A stretch of DNA of 64,000 nucleotides from Actinomycetes bacterium (GTDB lineage: Bacteria > Actinomycetota > Acidimicrobiia > Acidimicrobiales > CADCSY01), in NCBI GenBank assembly GCA_031399525.1, contig JANNOZ010000002.1:129897-193896 (forward strand). The letters are read 5' to 3'. Made by a program: the position numbers and the translations under genes. The notes below the pieces were generated by a model. The model had not been told where the DNA came from. It was given only the letters and a program-made list of their open reading frames with translations, and did no database searches. The stretch's first letter is position 1, and each line of letters begins with the position of its first letter. Shown piece by piece: positions 10,610-20,622 of the stretch.

Positions 10610-10936
10610 ATGATCGCCTACGAAGTCGCGCTGGAGGTCGACCTCGACCTCGAGGACCAGATCGTCGAGTACTTCGAACACACCCACCTCCCCGAGATGC
10701 ACGCCACTGGTTGCTTTGTGCGGATCTCCTTCGAGCACCTCGAGCCGGGCCGGTGGCGCTCCCGCTATGAGTGCGACAGTCAGGCCGAGCTCGACCGGTA
10801 CCTGGCCGACCACGCCGACGCCATGCGAGCCGACTTCGCCCGCCACTTCCCGGTAGGGGCGACACCGAGCCGCCAGGTATGGGAGATCACCCGGACATGG
10901 GGTCCGGACGCGACCGACGGAGCTCACCGTGGCTGA
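10610..10936 (+). CDS. DUF4286-like small protein
   Basis: ATG 10610 inside ORF 10586..10936 (MIAYEVALEVDLDLEDQIVEYFEHTHLPEM...). Family call from memory. Confidence 0.5.
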   Translation: MIAYEVALEVDLDLEDQIVEYFEHTHLPEMHATGCFVRISFEHLEPGRWRSRYECDSQAELDRYLADHADAMRADFARHFPVGATPSRQVWEITRTWGPDATDGAHRG

Positions 10937-11222
10937 CAGCTGCACCCACCTCGACACCATCGCCGACCCTGGCCCGAGCGGTCCGGGATGCGTCGAGTGC
11001 CTGGCCACCGGCGGCACCTGGATGCACTTGCGCCGTTGTGCCGCCTGCAGTCACGTCGGGTGCTGCGACTCGTCTCCCAACCGCCACGCCACAGCCCACT
11101 TCCAGACGTCGGCCCACCCGTTGGTCCAGTCCTACGAGCCCCACGAGGAGTGGTACTGGTGCTACGTGGACGAGCTGGTGTTCGAGCTTCCTGCCGAGGC
11201 CCCAAGCCCCTCGCATCCCTGA
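10929..11222 (+). CDS. UBP-type zinc-finger protein
   Basis: Cys/His-rich segments CTHL, CVEC and HLRRCAACSHVGCCDSSPNRHATAH. GTG 10929 overlaps the upstream stop by 8 nt. Confidence 0.65.
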   Translation: MADSCTHLDTIADPGPSGPGCVECLATGGTWMHLRRCAACSHVGCCDSSPNRHATAHFQTSAHPLVQSYEPHEEWYWCYVDELVFELPAEAPSPSHP

Positions 11223-11283
11223 ACGACTCTCGGCTGACCGGCGTCGAGGAGTCATCGACTCGACATCGGGGCATGCTGGGGAC

Positions 11284-11643
11284 ATGGAGAAAAACGAAGC
11301 ATGGTCAGACGTCGGTCAGCACTTCAGCCAGCTCGGTCAGACGCTCAAGACCCATTATCAACAGGCCGGCGGCACCGAACCTCGTCCTGAACTCGACGAA
11401 GCCCTCAAGGGGTTGCTCGATTCGCTCGGCCACGCCTTCGAGGCGTTCGGCAACGCGGCGCGTGACCCCGAGTTGGCCACTGCGTCAAAGCAGACGGCCA
11501 AGTCACTGGCGCAGGCCGTCACCGTCACCTTCGGCGAAGTCGGCGGACAACTGCGGGAGCGGTTGCGTCCGTCGGCCACGCCTGGAGACGGCGGTGACAC
11601 CGCCGACGGGGCTGCGGCCGAAGACGACTCGACCCCGAGCTGA
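11284..11643 (+). CDS. hypothetical protein
   Basis: ATG 11284 inside ORF 10771..11643. Helical, acidic, with a Gly/Asp-rich tail. No motif recognised. Confidence 0.4.
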   Translation: MEKNEAWSDVGQHFSQLGQTLKTHYQQAGGTEPRPELDEALKGLLDSLGHAFEAFGNAARDPELATASKQTAKSLAQAVTVTFGEVGGQLRERLRPSATPGDGGDTADGAAAEDDSTPS

Positions 11644-11663
11644 GCCGCTCCTCCCCCGGCGAG

Positions 11664-12152
11664 TCAGGCTGGCAGGACGGCCTCGATGGCATCTATGACC
11701 GCAGCGTCGTCGGGGGCAACCGGCGGCCGGAAACGGGCCACCACCTCGCCGGTCGGCGCCACCAGGAACTTCTCGAAGTTCCACGCCACGTCACCAGCGT
11801 TACCGTCGGCGTCCGGCGTCTCGGTCAGCGCCGCGTAGAGCGGGTGACGGCCCTCGCCATTGACGTCGACCTTCTCGGCCAAGGGGAACGTGACGCCGTA
11901 GTTGATGTCGCAGAACCCGGCGATCTCTTCGGGCGAGCCCGGCTCTTGTCCGCCGAACTGGTTGCAGGGCACCCCGAGTACGGAGAAGCCTCGTTCGGCG
12001 TAACGCTCGTGGAGGGACTGCAGCGCGGCGTACTGCGGAGTGAGCCCGCAGCGAGATGCCACGTTGACCACGAGAACGGCCTTACCGTCGGCCTCGGCCA
12101 GTACAGCTGGGGTGCCGTCGAGCGCGGCGATGTCGATATCGAAGAGCGACAC
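11664..12152 (-). CDS. glutathione peroxidase (Cys-type)
   Basis: Motifs NVASRCGLTPQY, LGVPCNQFGGQEPG and WNFEKFLV. Confidence 0.9.
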   Translation of the reverse strand: MSLFDIDIAALDGTPAVLAEADGKAVLVVNVASRCGLTPQYAALQSLHERYAERGFSVLGVPCNQFGGQEPGSPEEIAGFCDINYGVTFPLAEKVDVNGEGRHPLYAALTETPDADGNAGDVAWNFEKFLVAPTGEVVARFRPPVAPDDAAVIDAIEAVLPA

Positions 12153-12219
12153 GGGACCTCCTAGGTCGGGGCGAGACTACGGGTCGAGACCGCCAGCCCC
12201 ACCAACAACGAGCCGTCGA

Positions 12220-12393
12220 TCAGTAGCGGGTCGACGCGCCGCCGAGCAGAGCGGATACGAGGACGCCCAGCGGGAGCGCACCCCAATAGGAGAGGTCGAG
12301 GCCCACGTTGCCGAAGAACAACATCAGCAACCACGTCGCCGGGAAGGTGGCGACGAGGAACACGACGACGGCGACGATGGCTCCCTTGATCAT
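12220..12393 (-). CDS. small two-helix membrane protein
   Basis: 57 codons from ATG 12393, preceded by GGAGGGAAC. Sequence MIKGAIVAVVVFLVATFPATWLLMLFFG...LPLGVLVSALLGG. Confidence 0.4.
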   Translation of the reverse strand: MIKGAIVAVVVFLVATFPATWLLMLFFGNVGLDLSYWGALPLGVLVSALLGGASTRY

Positions 12394-12469
12394 GAGGTTC
12401 CCTCCATGCCCTCCGTGCCCTCCGACGGTGGGCGTTGGGGCACAGTAACGGCATGGCGAGAGACGCCGA

Positions 12470-13573
12470 GTGATCGATCCCGCCCAGGTCCACCAGGCCG
12501 GAGCGCCCTGGCGACGCCAGGCCCGCCGATGGCTGCCTCCGGCCGCCTCGCTGGTCGTCGTCGGCGTGGTCTTCCTCGTCGTTCTGCCGAGCATCGCCGA
12601 CTACGGAGAGGTCTGGCAGCAGGTCCAGGCCATGACGGCTGCCGAAGTGGCCGTGCTCGTGCTGGCCGACATCATCAACCTGGCCACCTACGGCCCCACG
12701 TGGATGGCGGCCCTGCCGGGGATGACCTACCGACAAGGAACCGAACTGTCGATGACGGGGACGGCCGTGGCCAATGTGGCCCCTTTCGGCGGGGGGGCCA
12801 GCCTGGGCACCAACTGGGCCATGCTGCGCGAATGGCGGTTCGACCGCCGTAGCGCCACGTTGGCCATGGTGCTCACCGGGGTGTGGAACCAGTTCGCCAA
12901 CTTCGCCTATCCGGTGGTGGGCCTCGGACTCCTCTCGCTCCAGGGCGGCCGCAGCGCGACCCTCGAAACCATGGCCCGCATCGGCGGAGTCGGCCTGGCG
13001 CTGGCCTTCGTCGGGTTCTTCCTCGTGCTGCGCAGCGAGGACCTGGCCCGACGGATCGGCACGCTGTGCGGTCGTGTGCTCGGCACCTTCCAGACGCTCC
13101 GGCGCCGGGAACCAGGTGGCGACCTCGGCGCCGCCTTCGTGCGCTTCCGTCAGGAGAGCCTGCTCCTCCTCGAGGCGCGTTGGTGGTGGCTGACCCTCGC
13201 CACGCTCGCGGGCACGCTCTCGGTGTTCCTGGTGCTGTTCGTCAGCCTGCGGGCCGTAGGGGTCGACGGCGCCCAGGTCACCCTCACCGAAGCGTTCGCG
13301 GCGTGGTCGATCACCCGGCTGCTGACCGCGTTCCCGATCACCCCCGGCGGGCTGGGGATCATCGAGCTCGGACTCACCGGGGCGCTGGTCGGCTTCGGCG
13401 GCCAGCAGTCCAAGGTCGTGGCCGCGGTCCTCATCTACCGGGTGGCGACCTATGTCCCGCCGATCGTGCTCGGGGCGATCGCCGCGTTCACGTGGCGCCA
13501 CCACCATCAGGTCGACCCCGACGACCCCGACGACCCCGACGATCCCGACGAGGACCTCGGCGAGGGTGGCTGA
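12470..13573 (+). CDS. flippase-like membrane protein (LPG-synthase TM / UPF0104 family)
   Basis: 367 aa, multi-pass. Motif ITPGGLGIIELGLTGAL is typical of the family. C-terminal DPD repeat tail. GTG start. Confidence 0.65.
   Translation: MIDPAQVHQAGAPWRRQARRWLPPAASLVVVGVVFLVVLPSIADYGEVWQQVQAMTAAEVAVLVLADIINLATYGPTWMAALPGMTYRQGTELSMTGTAVANVAPFGGGASLGTNWAMLREWRFDRRSATLAMVLTGVWNQFANFAYPVVGLGLLSLQGGRSATLETMARIGGVGLALAFVGFFLVLRSEDLARRIGTLCGRVLGTFQTLRRREPGGDLGAAFVRFRQESLLLLEARWWWLTLATLAGTLSVFLVLFVSLRAVGVDGAQVTLTEAFAAWSITRLLTAFPITPGGLGIIELGLTGALVGFGGQQSKVVAAVLIYRVATYVPPIVLGAIAAFTWRHHHQVDPDDPDDPDDPDEDLGEGG
13514..13549 (+). repeat. 4 x 9-bp in-frame tandem repeat (GACCCCGAC), encoding (DPD)4
   Basis: gaccccgac gaccccgac gaccccgac gatcccgac, read directly. 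Lies in the 3' end of the 12470..13573 CDS. Confidence 0.9.
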
Positions 13574-13630
13574 CCCGGCTCAGGAACCTCACAGGTGATC
13601 CACACCTGATCGCGGGGTCGAGGGTGCAGC

Positions 13631-14578
13631 GTGAGGCCCATGAGAGCGACCGCGGTACGAACCCGGAACCTGACCAAGCGATACGGCGAGCGGGCCGCGG
13701 TCGACGGACTCGACATGACCCTGCCCTCCGGCGCCATCACCGGCTTCGTCGGCCCCAACGGTGCCGGCAAGACCACCACCATCCGCATGTTGCTGGGCCT
13801 CATTCGCCCGACTGAGGGCGACGGGGAGGTGCTCGGCCGCCCCCTCGTCGAGGCCGCCGAGTACCTCCCCCAGGTCGGCGCCATGATCGAGGGGCCGGCC
13901 TTCTATCCGACGTTGACCGGGCGCCGGAACCTCGAAGTCCTGGCCCGACTCGGCGGCATCGGCCCGGCCAAGATCGACGAAGTCCTCGAGCTGGTCGACC
14001 TGAGCGACCGAGCCGACGACCCGTACCGGTCCTATTCGCTCGGCATGAAGCAGCGCCTCGGGATCGCGGCCGCTCTGCTGCCCGATCCGGCCCTCCTCAT
14101 CCTCGACGAACCGACCAACGGTCTCGACCCGGCCGGGATCCGTGACACCCGCGCCCTGTTGCGCAGACTCTCCGACGGCGGGATGACGGTTGTCGTGTCG
14201 AGTCACCTGCTCAGCGAGATCCAGCAGATGTCGGATCATCTCGTGATGATCCAGCGCGGTGCGTTGGTCTTCGAGGGCGGAGTCGAGGAACTGATCGACC
14301 GCCAACCCACCGAGGTCGTCGCCCGCCCCGAGTTCCCCGACGACGTTCCGGCGCTGGTCCTGCTGTGCGAACGGGCCGGCTATCGCGTCGAGGCCAGAGA
14401 TGGCTCGGTCCGAGTCACCGCGCCGACGTCGTGGTCGCCGGAGCTGAATCGTCGGGCCATGGCAGCCCAGATCACCTTGGCCTCCCTCTCCATCGAGCAG
14501 GTCAGCCTCGAGGAGGCCTTCCTCGCCATCACCGAGCCCACCAACGGGCTCCGCACCGCTCGGGAGGTCCGGTCATGA
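13631..14578 (+). CDS. ABC transporter ATP-binding protein
   Basis: Walker [10 protein letters not shown], signature YSLGMKQRL, Walker B LLILDEPTNGLD. GTG 13631 or ATG 13640. Confidence 0.9.
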   Translation: MRPMRATAVRTRNLTKRYGERAAVDGLDMTLPSGAITGFVGPNGAGKTTTIRMLLGLIRPTEGDGEVLGRPLVEAAEYLPQVGAMIEGPAFYPTLTGRRNLEVLARLGGIGPAKIDEVLELVDLSDRADDPYRSYSLGMKQRLGIAAALLPDPALLILDEPTNGLDPAGIRDTRALLRRLSDGGMTVVVSSHLLSEIQQMSDHLVMIQRGALVFEGGVEELIDRQPTEVVARPEFPDDVPALVLLCERAGYRVEARDGSVRVTAPTSWSPELNRRAMAAQITLASLSIEQVSLEEAFLAITEPTNGLRTAREVRS

Positions 14579-15360
14579 CCAACGCCTTCTTCTCCGAATG
14601 GCTCAAGCTGCGCCGCCGGGCCATGCTCCTCGGCGGCATCGGCGCCACCATGGCGGTGACCGCGCTGGCCACCGTCGTCCAGCTCGTGACGGTGGGCGAC
14701 GACGGCGCTCCCGGCGGGAGCACGGTGACGGTGGCATCACTTCAGGAGGCGGGCGGCCTGGCCGCTGGTGTCGCCGGGGCGGCCACCTTCATCGGCGCGG
14801 TGACCTTGACCCTGTGGGCCATCAACATGGCCAACGAGTACACCCTCGGCACCTTGCGCAACCTCCTGGTCCGCCAGCCTCATCGGCTGCGTCTGTTGGC
14901 CGGCAAACTCCTCGCCCTGGCCAGCTTCACGGTCGTGGCCGTGACATTGGCCTCCGCGATGTCGATCGCCATGTCCTTCGCCATGGCGCCGGTCAACGGC
15001 ATCGACACGTCGGCGTGGACGACAACCAGCGCGCTGGGCGAGGTGGCATCGACCTGGACGAACACAGTCCTGGCTGCCATCGGCTTCGGTCTCATCGGAG
15101 CATCACTCGGCATCTTCTTGCGAGCCCCGGCGGGCGCCATCGGTGCCGGGCTGGCGTGGCTGCTGATCGGCGAGCTCATCTTGAGCCAGGCGTGGAACGA
15201 GGTGGGCCGCTGGCTCCCCGGCCAGCTCCTCCAGGCGATCAGCGAGGGGGGCGACACCTCGATGCCCTACCTCACCGCGGTGACGGGAGCGATGGTGGTC
15301 ATCGGATCGTTCACCGCCGCCAGTGGCTATCTCTTCGCTCATCGAGAGGTCGCGGGCTAG
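14575..15360 (+). CDS. ABC-2 type transporter permease
   Basis: ATG 14575 overlaps the ATPase stop (ATGA), inside ORF 14365..15360. Multi-pass hydrophobic protein (MTNAFFSEWLKLRRR...). Confidence 0.7.
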   Translation: MTNAFFSEWLKLRRRAMLLGGIGATMAVTALATVVQLVTVGDDGAPGGSTVTVASLQEAGGLAAGVAGAATFIGAVTLTLWAINMANEYTLGTLRNLLVRQPHRLRLLAGKLLALASFTVVAVTLASAMSIAMSFAMAPVNGIDTSAWTTTSALGEVASTWTNTVLAAIGFGLIGASLGIFLRAPAGAIGAGLAWLLIGELILSQAWNEVGRWLPGQLLQAISEGGDTSMPYLTAVTGAMVVIGSFTAASGYLFAHREVAG

Positions 15361-15492
15361 GCGCCACCCGCCGGCCCCAGGTGCTGGCCCCCGCCGGCTG
15401 CGTTGGCTCCCACGCAGTCGGCGGGGGTCTTCCCACGCTCCGATCCCGTTGGGGGACGCCATTAGCCTCTGACACCTTCGCAGGAGGTCGGG

Positions 15493-16443
15493 ATGGCCAA
15501 GGCGCACACCAGCCCAGCGCGGTGGGGTCGAGTGCGTTGGCGCGGCCTTGCCGTGGTCGTCACCTTGGTGATGAGCACGGCCGCCATGGCCGCCTGCTCG
15601 AGCGGGGAAAACGGTTTGGGGGGCGATGTGACCCTGCCGTCGGTCTCGATCACCGTCCCGTCGGTGACAGTGCCGTCGGTGACAGTGCCGTCAGTCACCG
15701 TCCCGTCGATCCCGTCGGGCAGCACTGGGTCGAGCGTCGAGTCGGCCGAGACGACTTCTCCACCAGGCCCGTCGACCACCTTGGCTCCTACGACCGAATC
15801 CACCACAACGCCCACCCAGACGACGCTGGCCCCGACGACCACCACGAGCGCCGCCACCACGACCACCGAGGCAGATGAGTCGTCGTCCGCTGACGATCCA
15901 CCATGGGTCCTCATCGCCCTGGTTGCCGTGATCCTGGCTGGGGGTGTGTTGGCCGCCATGCTCGTGACTCGTCGTCGACACCGTGAGCAGTCTGCGGCCC
16001 TCGCCAGCTGGCAGAGCCGGGGCATGGCCGCGGTCACGGCCGGGACGACCCTGGCCTCGGTCGCCGAGGCCGTCCTCGATCCGACCGACGCCGAGACCGA
16101 AGCCCGGAGATGGGACGAGCTGGCCCAACGCACCGCGGTGCTGGTCGAGACGCAGCGCCAGCTCGCCACCGATGCTCCGGATGCGGCCTCGGTTAACGCC
16201 GTGGCCGAGACCCAGCGCAGCACTGCCGTCCTGGGTCAGGCCCTCGACGCCCACCGAGCCCTACGCATCGGCCCACCGCCGCCGACCGGCGACCAACTCG
16301 ACGCGTCCCGAGCCCTGGTCCGGCAGCGAATCGTCGAGTTCGAGCGGGCGCAGGCCGCGCTGAGGGTGGCGTCGACGCCGCCCGCCCCACCAGCCGGCGC
16401 GGGGGGTACCGGCGGCGGGACGGCGGCGTCGCCTCCGGCCTAG
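15493..16443 (+). CDS. hypothetical Ser/Thr/Pro-rich lipoprotein with VPSVT repeats and a central TM helix
   Basis: Lipobox AMAAC, (VPSVT)n, a T/P/S-rich linker, TM helix PPWVLIALVAVILAGGVLAAMLV, then an Ala-rich helical C-terminal half. Confidence 0.5.
   Translation: MAKAHTSPARWGRVRWRGLAVVVTLVMSTAAMAACSSGENGLGGDVTLPSVSITVPSVTVPSVTVPSVTVPSIPSGSTGSSVESAETTSPPGPSTTLAPTTESTTTPTQTTLAPTTTTSAATTTTEADESSSADDPPWVLIALVAVILAGGVLAAMLVTRRRHREQSAALASWQSRGMAAVTAGTTLASVAEAVLDPTDAETEARRWDELAQRTAVLVETQRQLATDAPDAASVNAVAETQRSTAVLGQALDAHRALRIGPPPPTGDQLDASRALVRQRIVEFERAQAALRVASTPPAPPAGAGGTGGGTAASPPA
15655..15714 (+). repeat. 4 x 15-bp in-frame tandem repeat (VPSVT)
   Basis: gtcccgtcggtgaca gtgccgtcggtgaca gtgccgtcagtcacc gtcccgtcgatcccg. 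A degenerate unit lies just upstream (15634-15654). Confidence 0.9.
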
Positions 16444-16937
16444 GGCTCAGCCGGAGAGCTGGCCTCGGTACGGCCGAACAGGAGCCGATCGAGGACGAGG
16501 AACTGGATCACCCACAGCCCGGCGAACGCCGACACGTTGGCCACCAGGATGGCCACTGTGCGAACGCCGTCGCTCAAGCCCACGCTCGTCGCCCAGGCGT
16601 CGGTGACACCGACCGCGGCAGTCGACAAGACCATGCCCGAGAACGACAGGACCCAGAACGGCACCACCTCGCGCCATGGGTCGCTGCTGTCGCGACGTCC
16701 CCAGACCCAGCGACGGTTCAGCACATAGGAAGGCACCGTGCCCACGGCGGTAGCGGCCACGTTGGCCACGGTCGCCGACCACGAGTACGCCGTGGTCAAC
16801 ACCATGAGAACGCCGAGGCTCAGGACCGTCGTGAACACCGACACCGACATGCATCGCGCCAAGCGCACGATCACCACCAGGCGCCGGTCGAGCCTGACCT
16901 CCAAGGTCTCGGTGGTCGTCATGGCCGCGATGTTCAT
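16440..16937 (-). CDS. GtrA-family membrane protein
   Basis: Four hydrophobic helices and the YVLNRRWVW motif. Its stop overlaps the convergent 15493..16443 stop (CTAG). Confidence 0.65.
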   Translation of the reverse strand: MNIAAMTTTETLEVRLDRRLVVIVRLARCMSVSVFTTVLSLGVLMVLTTAYSWSATVANVAATAVGTVPSYVLNRRWVWGRRDSSDPWREVVPFWVLSFSGMVLSTAAVGVTDAWATSVGLSDGVRTVAILVANVSAFAGLWVIQFLVLDRLLFGRTEASSPAEP

Positions 16938-17008
16938 GCCCCCGTGTAAGGCCCAGGGCGGGCCTATTCAAGAGCCGGGCAAGAACTCGATGAACATTCC
17001 CGTTCTTT

Positions 17009-17043
17009 GGCGGATCGCCCACCGCTGAGGTGGTGGATCCGCC
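17009..17043 (-). terminator. hairpin downstream of ackA (no U-tract)
   Basis: GGCGGATCGCCCACC / loop GCTGA / GGTGGTGGATCCGCC pairs at 13 of 15 positions, 25 nt past the ackA stop. There is no T-run, so function is uncertain. Confidence 0.35.
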
Positions 17044-17067
17044 GGAGAACGGCAACGAGGTGTCGCC

Positions 17068-18135
17068 TCAGGCGCCGGTCGCCATGACCGCCCGGGCCGC
17101 GGCGGCAATGGCCAGCTCTTCGCGGGCCGGTACGACGAGGACAGCGACGTCGGCGCCGAGGAACGGCAAGCGGGCCATCACCCGGTCGCGGATCTCCACG
17201 CTGTGCTGGCCGATTCCACCCGTGAAGACCACGGCGTCGACCACCCCCAGCGAGGCCGCCATGGCCGCCACGCCAGCAGCTATCCGATGCACGAAGACGT
17301 CCACCGCCAGCGCAGCCAGCTCGTTGCCCCCGTCTCGAGCAGCGATCACCTCACGCAGATCGGCGCTCACCCCCGACAGCCCCAACAGCCCCGAGCGCTT
17401 CTCGAGCAGGTCCGTCAGCTCGTCGACCGATGTGCCTTGACGCATCAGGTGGATCAGTAGCCCGGGATCGACGGTCCCCGACCGGCTGGCCATGACCAAT
17501 CCGTCGAGCGGAGTGAAGCCCATGGTCGTGTCGACGCTGCGGCCCCGGTCGACTGCTGCCAACGAGCAGCCTCCACCCAGGTGACAGGTGACCAGGCGAA
17601 CGTCCTCACGTGGTCGACCCAGTAATGCGGCCGCCTCGCGACTGGCGGCATCGTGGCTGATGCCGTGGAATCCGTAGCGCTTCCAGCCTTGGGCCAACCA
17701 CTCGTGAGGCCCGCCGAACGCCGCCGCCGCCGCCGGGAGTGTGTGGTGGAAAGTGGTGTCGAACACGGCGACCTGGGCCACCTCGGGCCCGACGACCTGT
17801 CGGGCCGCGGCGAGACCGTCGAGGGCGGCCCGCTGGTGGGTCGGGGCCCACGGGATCAACGCCGCGATCGCCGCCTCGGACACGGCGTCGATGCGCACCG
17901 GCCCGGTGAATCGATCAGCGCCGTGGACGACGCGATGTCCGACGACCTCTACCTCGGCGAGGTGCGGAGCGGTCCGCAGCGCCCGGGCGATGCCCTCCGT
18001 CGGCTGGCCACCCAGGTCGGCACCCGACAGCCCGGCCCGCCACAGAACCCCATCGGGTGTGCTCCCGTCGGAGGCGACCAGCGCCAGCTTGACCGAGGTC
18101 GAGCCGGTGTTGAGTACCAGGACGGGCCCACTCAC
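17068..18135 (-). CDS. ackA: acetate kinase
   Basis: Motifs [28 protein letters not shown] and [24 protein letters not shown] 18135 overlaps the xfp stop (GTGA). The rest of ORF 17068..19050 is shadow of xfp. Confidence 0.85.
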   Translation of the reverse strand: MSGPVLVLNTGSTSVKLALVASDGSTPDGVLWRAGLSGADLGGQPTEGIARALRTAPHLAEVEVVGHRVVHGADRFTGPVRIDAVSEAAIAALIPWAPTHQRAALDGLAAARQVVGPEVAQVAVFDTTFHHTLPAAAAAFGGPHEWLAQGWKRYGFHGISHDAASREAAALLGRPREDVRLVTCHLGGGCSLAAVDRGRSVDTTMGFTPLDGLVMASRSGTVDPGLLIHLMRQGTSVDELTDLLEKRSGLLGLSGVSADLREVIAARDGGNELAALAVDVFVHRIAAGVAAMAASLGVVDAVVFTGGIGQHSVEIRDRVMARLPFLGADVAVLVVPAREELAIAAAARAVMATGA

Positions 18136-20525
18136 CGGGTCCAGGCCCAGTCGGTTATCTCGGCTTGGTCCTGACCCACCCTGCGGATGTGCTGGGTGTG
18201 GGCGATCAGCTTGTTGGTCATGGCCTCGCGGAGGTAGGCGCCCCGAGCTCCGAGGGACGGCACCCGGTCGACCACGTCCATGACCAGATGGAAGCGGTCG
18301 ATCTCGTTGAGTACGCACATGTCGAAGGGCGTGGTGGTCGTGCCCTCTTCCTTGTAGCCCCGAACGTGGAGGTTGTGGTGGTTGTGGCGCCGATAGGTGA
18401 GCCGGTGAATGAGCCACGGGTAGCCGTGGAAGTTGAAGATCACCGGGCGATCGGTGGTGAACAGCGAATCGAAGTGTTGATCGGAAAGTCCGCTCGGGTG
18501 CTCTGCTTCGGGTTGGAGGGTGAGAAGGTCGACCACGTTGACAACCCGCACCCGCAGTTCTGGGACCTCGCGGCGCAGCAGGTCGACCGCGGCCAACGTC
18601 TCGAGGGTGGGCACGTCCCCGCAGCACGCCATGACGACGTCGGGGTCGCCACCGGCATCGTTGCTGGCCCACTCCCACACCCCGATGCCCTTGGTGCAAT
18701 GGGCTACGGCTTCGTCCATGGTCAAGAACTGGAGCGCCGGCTGCTTGCCGGCGACGACCACGTTGACCCGCTGGCGACTGCGCAGGCAGTGGTCGGCCAC
18801 CGACAACAAGGTGTTGGCGTCGGGCGGGAGGTACACCCGGACCTGGTCGGCCTGCTTGTTGACCACGTGGTCGATGAAGCCTGGGTCCTGGTGGCTGAAC
18901 CCGTTGTGGTCCTGGCGCCAGACGTGGGAGGTCAGCAGGTAGTTCAGCGACGCGATGTCGGGCCGCCAGCTCAGTCCGGCCGACACCTTGAGCCACTTGG
19001 CGTGCTGGTTGAACATCGAGTCGACCAGGTGGATGAAGGCCTCGTAGCACGAGAACAGGCCGTGGCGGCCGGTGAGCAGGTAGCCCTCGAGCCAGCCCTG
19101 GCAGGTGTGCTCGGAAAGGATCTCCATGACCCTCCCGTCGGCGACCAGGCGCAGGTCGTCGTCGGCCGGGTCGGTCCGTGCGTTCCAGGTTCGCCCCGTG
19201 ACCTCGAACACCGACCCGAGTCGGTTCGACTCTGTCTCGTCAGGGCCGAAGATCCGGAAGTGGCGTTGGTCGGCGTTGGCGGCCAGGACGTCACGGAGGA
19301 AGCCGCCCAGCACCCGGGTGGCCTCGGCGCTCGTCGCTGCCGGTCGATCGACTGCGACGGCGTGATCGCGGAAATCCGGGAGTCGCAATGGGCGCAGCAG
19401 GCGCCCGCCGTTGGCGTGCGGATTGGCCCCCATCCGGCGCTCACCGCTGGGCGCCAGTGCCGTCACGGCATCGACGACCCGGCCGTCGGCGTCGAACAGG
19501 TCGTCCACCTGATAGCTACGCATCCACGCTTCGAGGGTGGCGACATGCTCGGGGTGTCGGGCGTCGACCGGCAACGGCACCTGGTGGGCCCGCCACGTGC
19601 CCGCCATCGGAACGCCGTCGACCTCCGTCGGACCGGTCCACCCCTTGGGCGTGCGCAGGACGATGCAGGGCCAGCGGGGCCGCTCGGTGGCACCGTCGAT
19701 TCGGGCCCGCCGCTGGATGGCGGCGATCTCGTCGCACACGGTGTCGAGCGTCCCGGCGAGAAGTTGATGCACCATCTCGGGGTCGTCACCCTCAACGTCG
19801 AAGGGCTCCCAGCCGTAGCCCCGAAGCAGCTGGTGCAGCTCGCCCGGCGCCAATCGGTCGAGGACGGCGGGGTTGGCGATCTTGTAGCCGTTCAGGTGCA
19901 GGATCGGCAGGACTGCCCCGTCGTGGGTCGGGTCGAGGAACTTGTTGGAGTGCCAACTGGCGGCCAGCGGTCCGGTCTCGGCCTCGCCGTCGCCGATCAC
20001 ACACGCCACGACCAGGTCGGGGTTGTCGAACGCAGCGCCGAAGGCGTGGGACAGCGAGTAGCCGAGTTCGCCGCCTTCGTGAATCGATCCGGGGGTCTCG
20101 GGTGCGGCGTGTGAGGGGATCCCACCCGGGAACGAGAACTGCTTGAAGAGCCGGGCCAGGCCCTCTTCGTCACGTCCGACGTCTGGATAGAGCTCGCTGT
20201 AGATGCCCTCGAGGTAGGAGTTGGCCACCAGGGCCGGGCCACCGTGGCCCGGCCCGGCGATGAAGATCATGTCGAGGTCACGGGCCCGGATCACCCGGTT
20301 GAGGTGGGCGTATACCAGGTTCAGCCCAGGCGTGGTGCCCCAGTGGCCCAGCAATCGGGGCTTGACGTGGTCGAGGGTGAGCGGCTCACGCAGCAGCGGG
20401 TTGGCCAGCAGGTAGATCTGGCCCACCGACAGGTAGTTGGCCAGCCGCCACCATTGGTCGAGCGCGGCCAGTTCGTCGGCGTCGAGCGGACCCGTCGCCA
20501 TCGCGTCGGGTCCTGGGTTCGACAT
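18132..20525 (-). CDS. xfp: xylulose-5-phosphate/fructose-6-phosphate phosphoketolase
   Basis: 797 aa. Motifs [17 protein letters not shown] and [20 protein letters not shown] before ATG 20525. Confidence 0.95.
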   Translation of the reverse strand: MSNPGPDAMATGPLDADELAALDQWWRLANYLSVGQIYLLANPLLREPLTLDHVKPRLLGHWGTTPGLNLVYAHLNRVIRARDLDMIFIAGPGHGGPALVANSYLEGIYSELYPDVGRDEEGLARLFKQFSFPGGIPSHAAPETPGSIHEGGELGYSLSHAFGAAFDNPDLVVACVIGDGEAETGPLAASWHSNKFLDPTHDGAVLPILHLNGYKIANPAVLDRLAPGELHQLLRGYGWEPFDVEGDDPEMVHQLLAGTLDTVCDEIAAIQRRARIDGATERPRWPCIVLRTPKGWTGPTEVDGVPMAGTWRAHQVPLPVDARHPEHVATLEAWMRSYQVDDLFDADGRVVDAVTALAPSGERRMGANPHANGGRLLRPLRLPDFRDHAVAVDRPAATSAEATRVLGGFLRDVLAANADQRHFRIFGPDETESNRLGSVFEVTGRTWNARTDPADDDLRLVADGRVMEILSEHTCQGWLEGYLLTGRHGLFSCYEAFIHLVDSMFNQHAKWLKVSAGLSWRPDIASLNYLLTSHVWRQDHNGFSHQDPGFIDHVVNKQADQVRVYLPPDANTLLSVADHCLRSRQRVNVVVAGKQPALQFLTMDEAVAHCTKGIGVWEWASNDAGGDPDVVMACCGDVPTLETLAAVDLLRREVPELRVRVVNVVDLLTLQPEAEHPSGLSDQHFDSLFTTDRPVIFNFHGYPWLIHRLTYRRHNHHNLHVRGYKEEGTTTTPFDMCVLNEIDRFHLVMDVVDRVPSLGARGAYLREAMTNKLIAHTQHIRRVGQDQAEITDWAWTR

Positions 20526-20622
20526 GGTCCCTCCATAGGGGTGAGGCTGGTACCAGCGACTACCCCAAACAGTGGGTCATGAAGCGCCCGCCCGCCAGCC
20601 CCGACGGGTGAACAGCTGGTGA

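Noticed and set aside
15634-15714. Tandem repeats as a possible CRISPR or satellite array
   Set aside because: The units are 15 bp (and 9 bp at 13514-13549), contiguous without spacers, in frame and inside coding sequences. They are not CRISPR-like.
18136-19050. N-terminal extensions of several ORF-track entries (ackA 17068..19050, prmA 9776..11017, ogt 24462..25451, kinase 24249..26558, toxin 57304..58515)
   Set aside because: In each case the extension overlaps a neighbouring, better-supported gene and lacks family sequence. An internal start with an RBS or a 4-nt overlap fits better.
18165-20114. 649-aa plus-strand ORF antisense to xfp
   Set aside because: xfp is unambiguous; the antisense frame has no recognisable domain.
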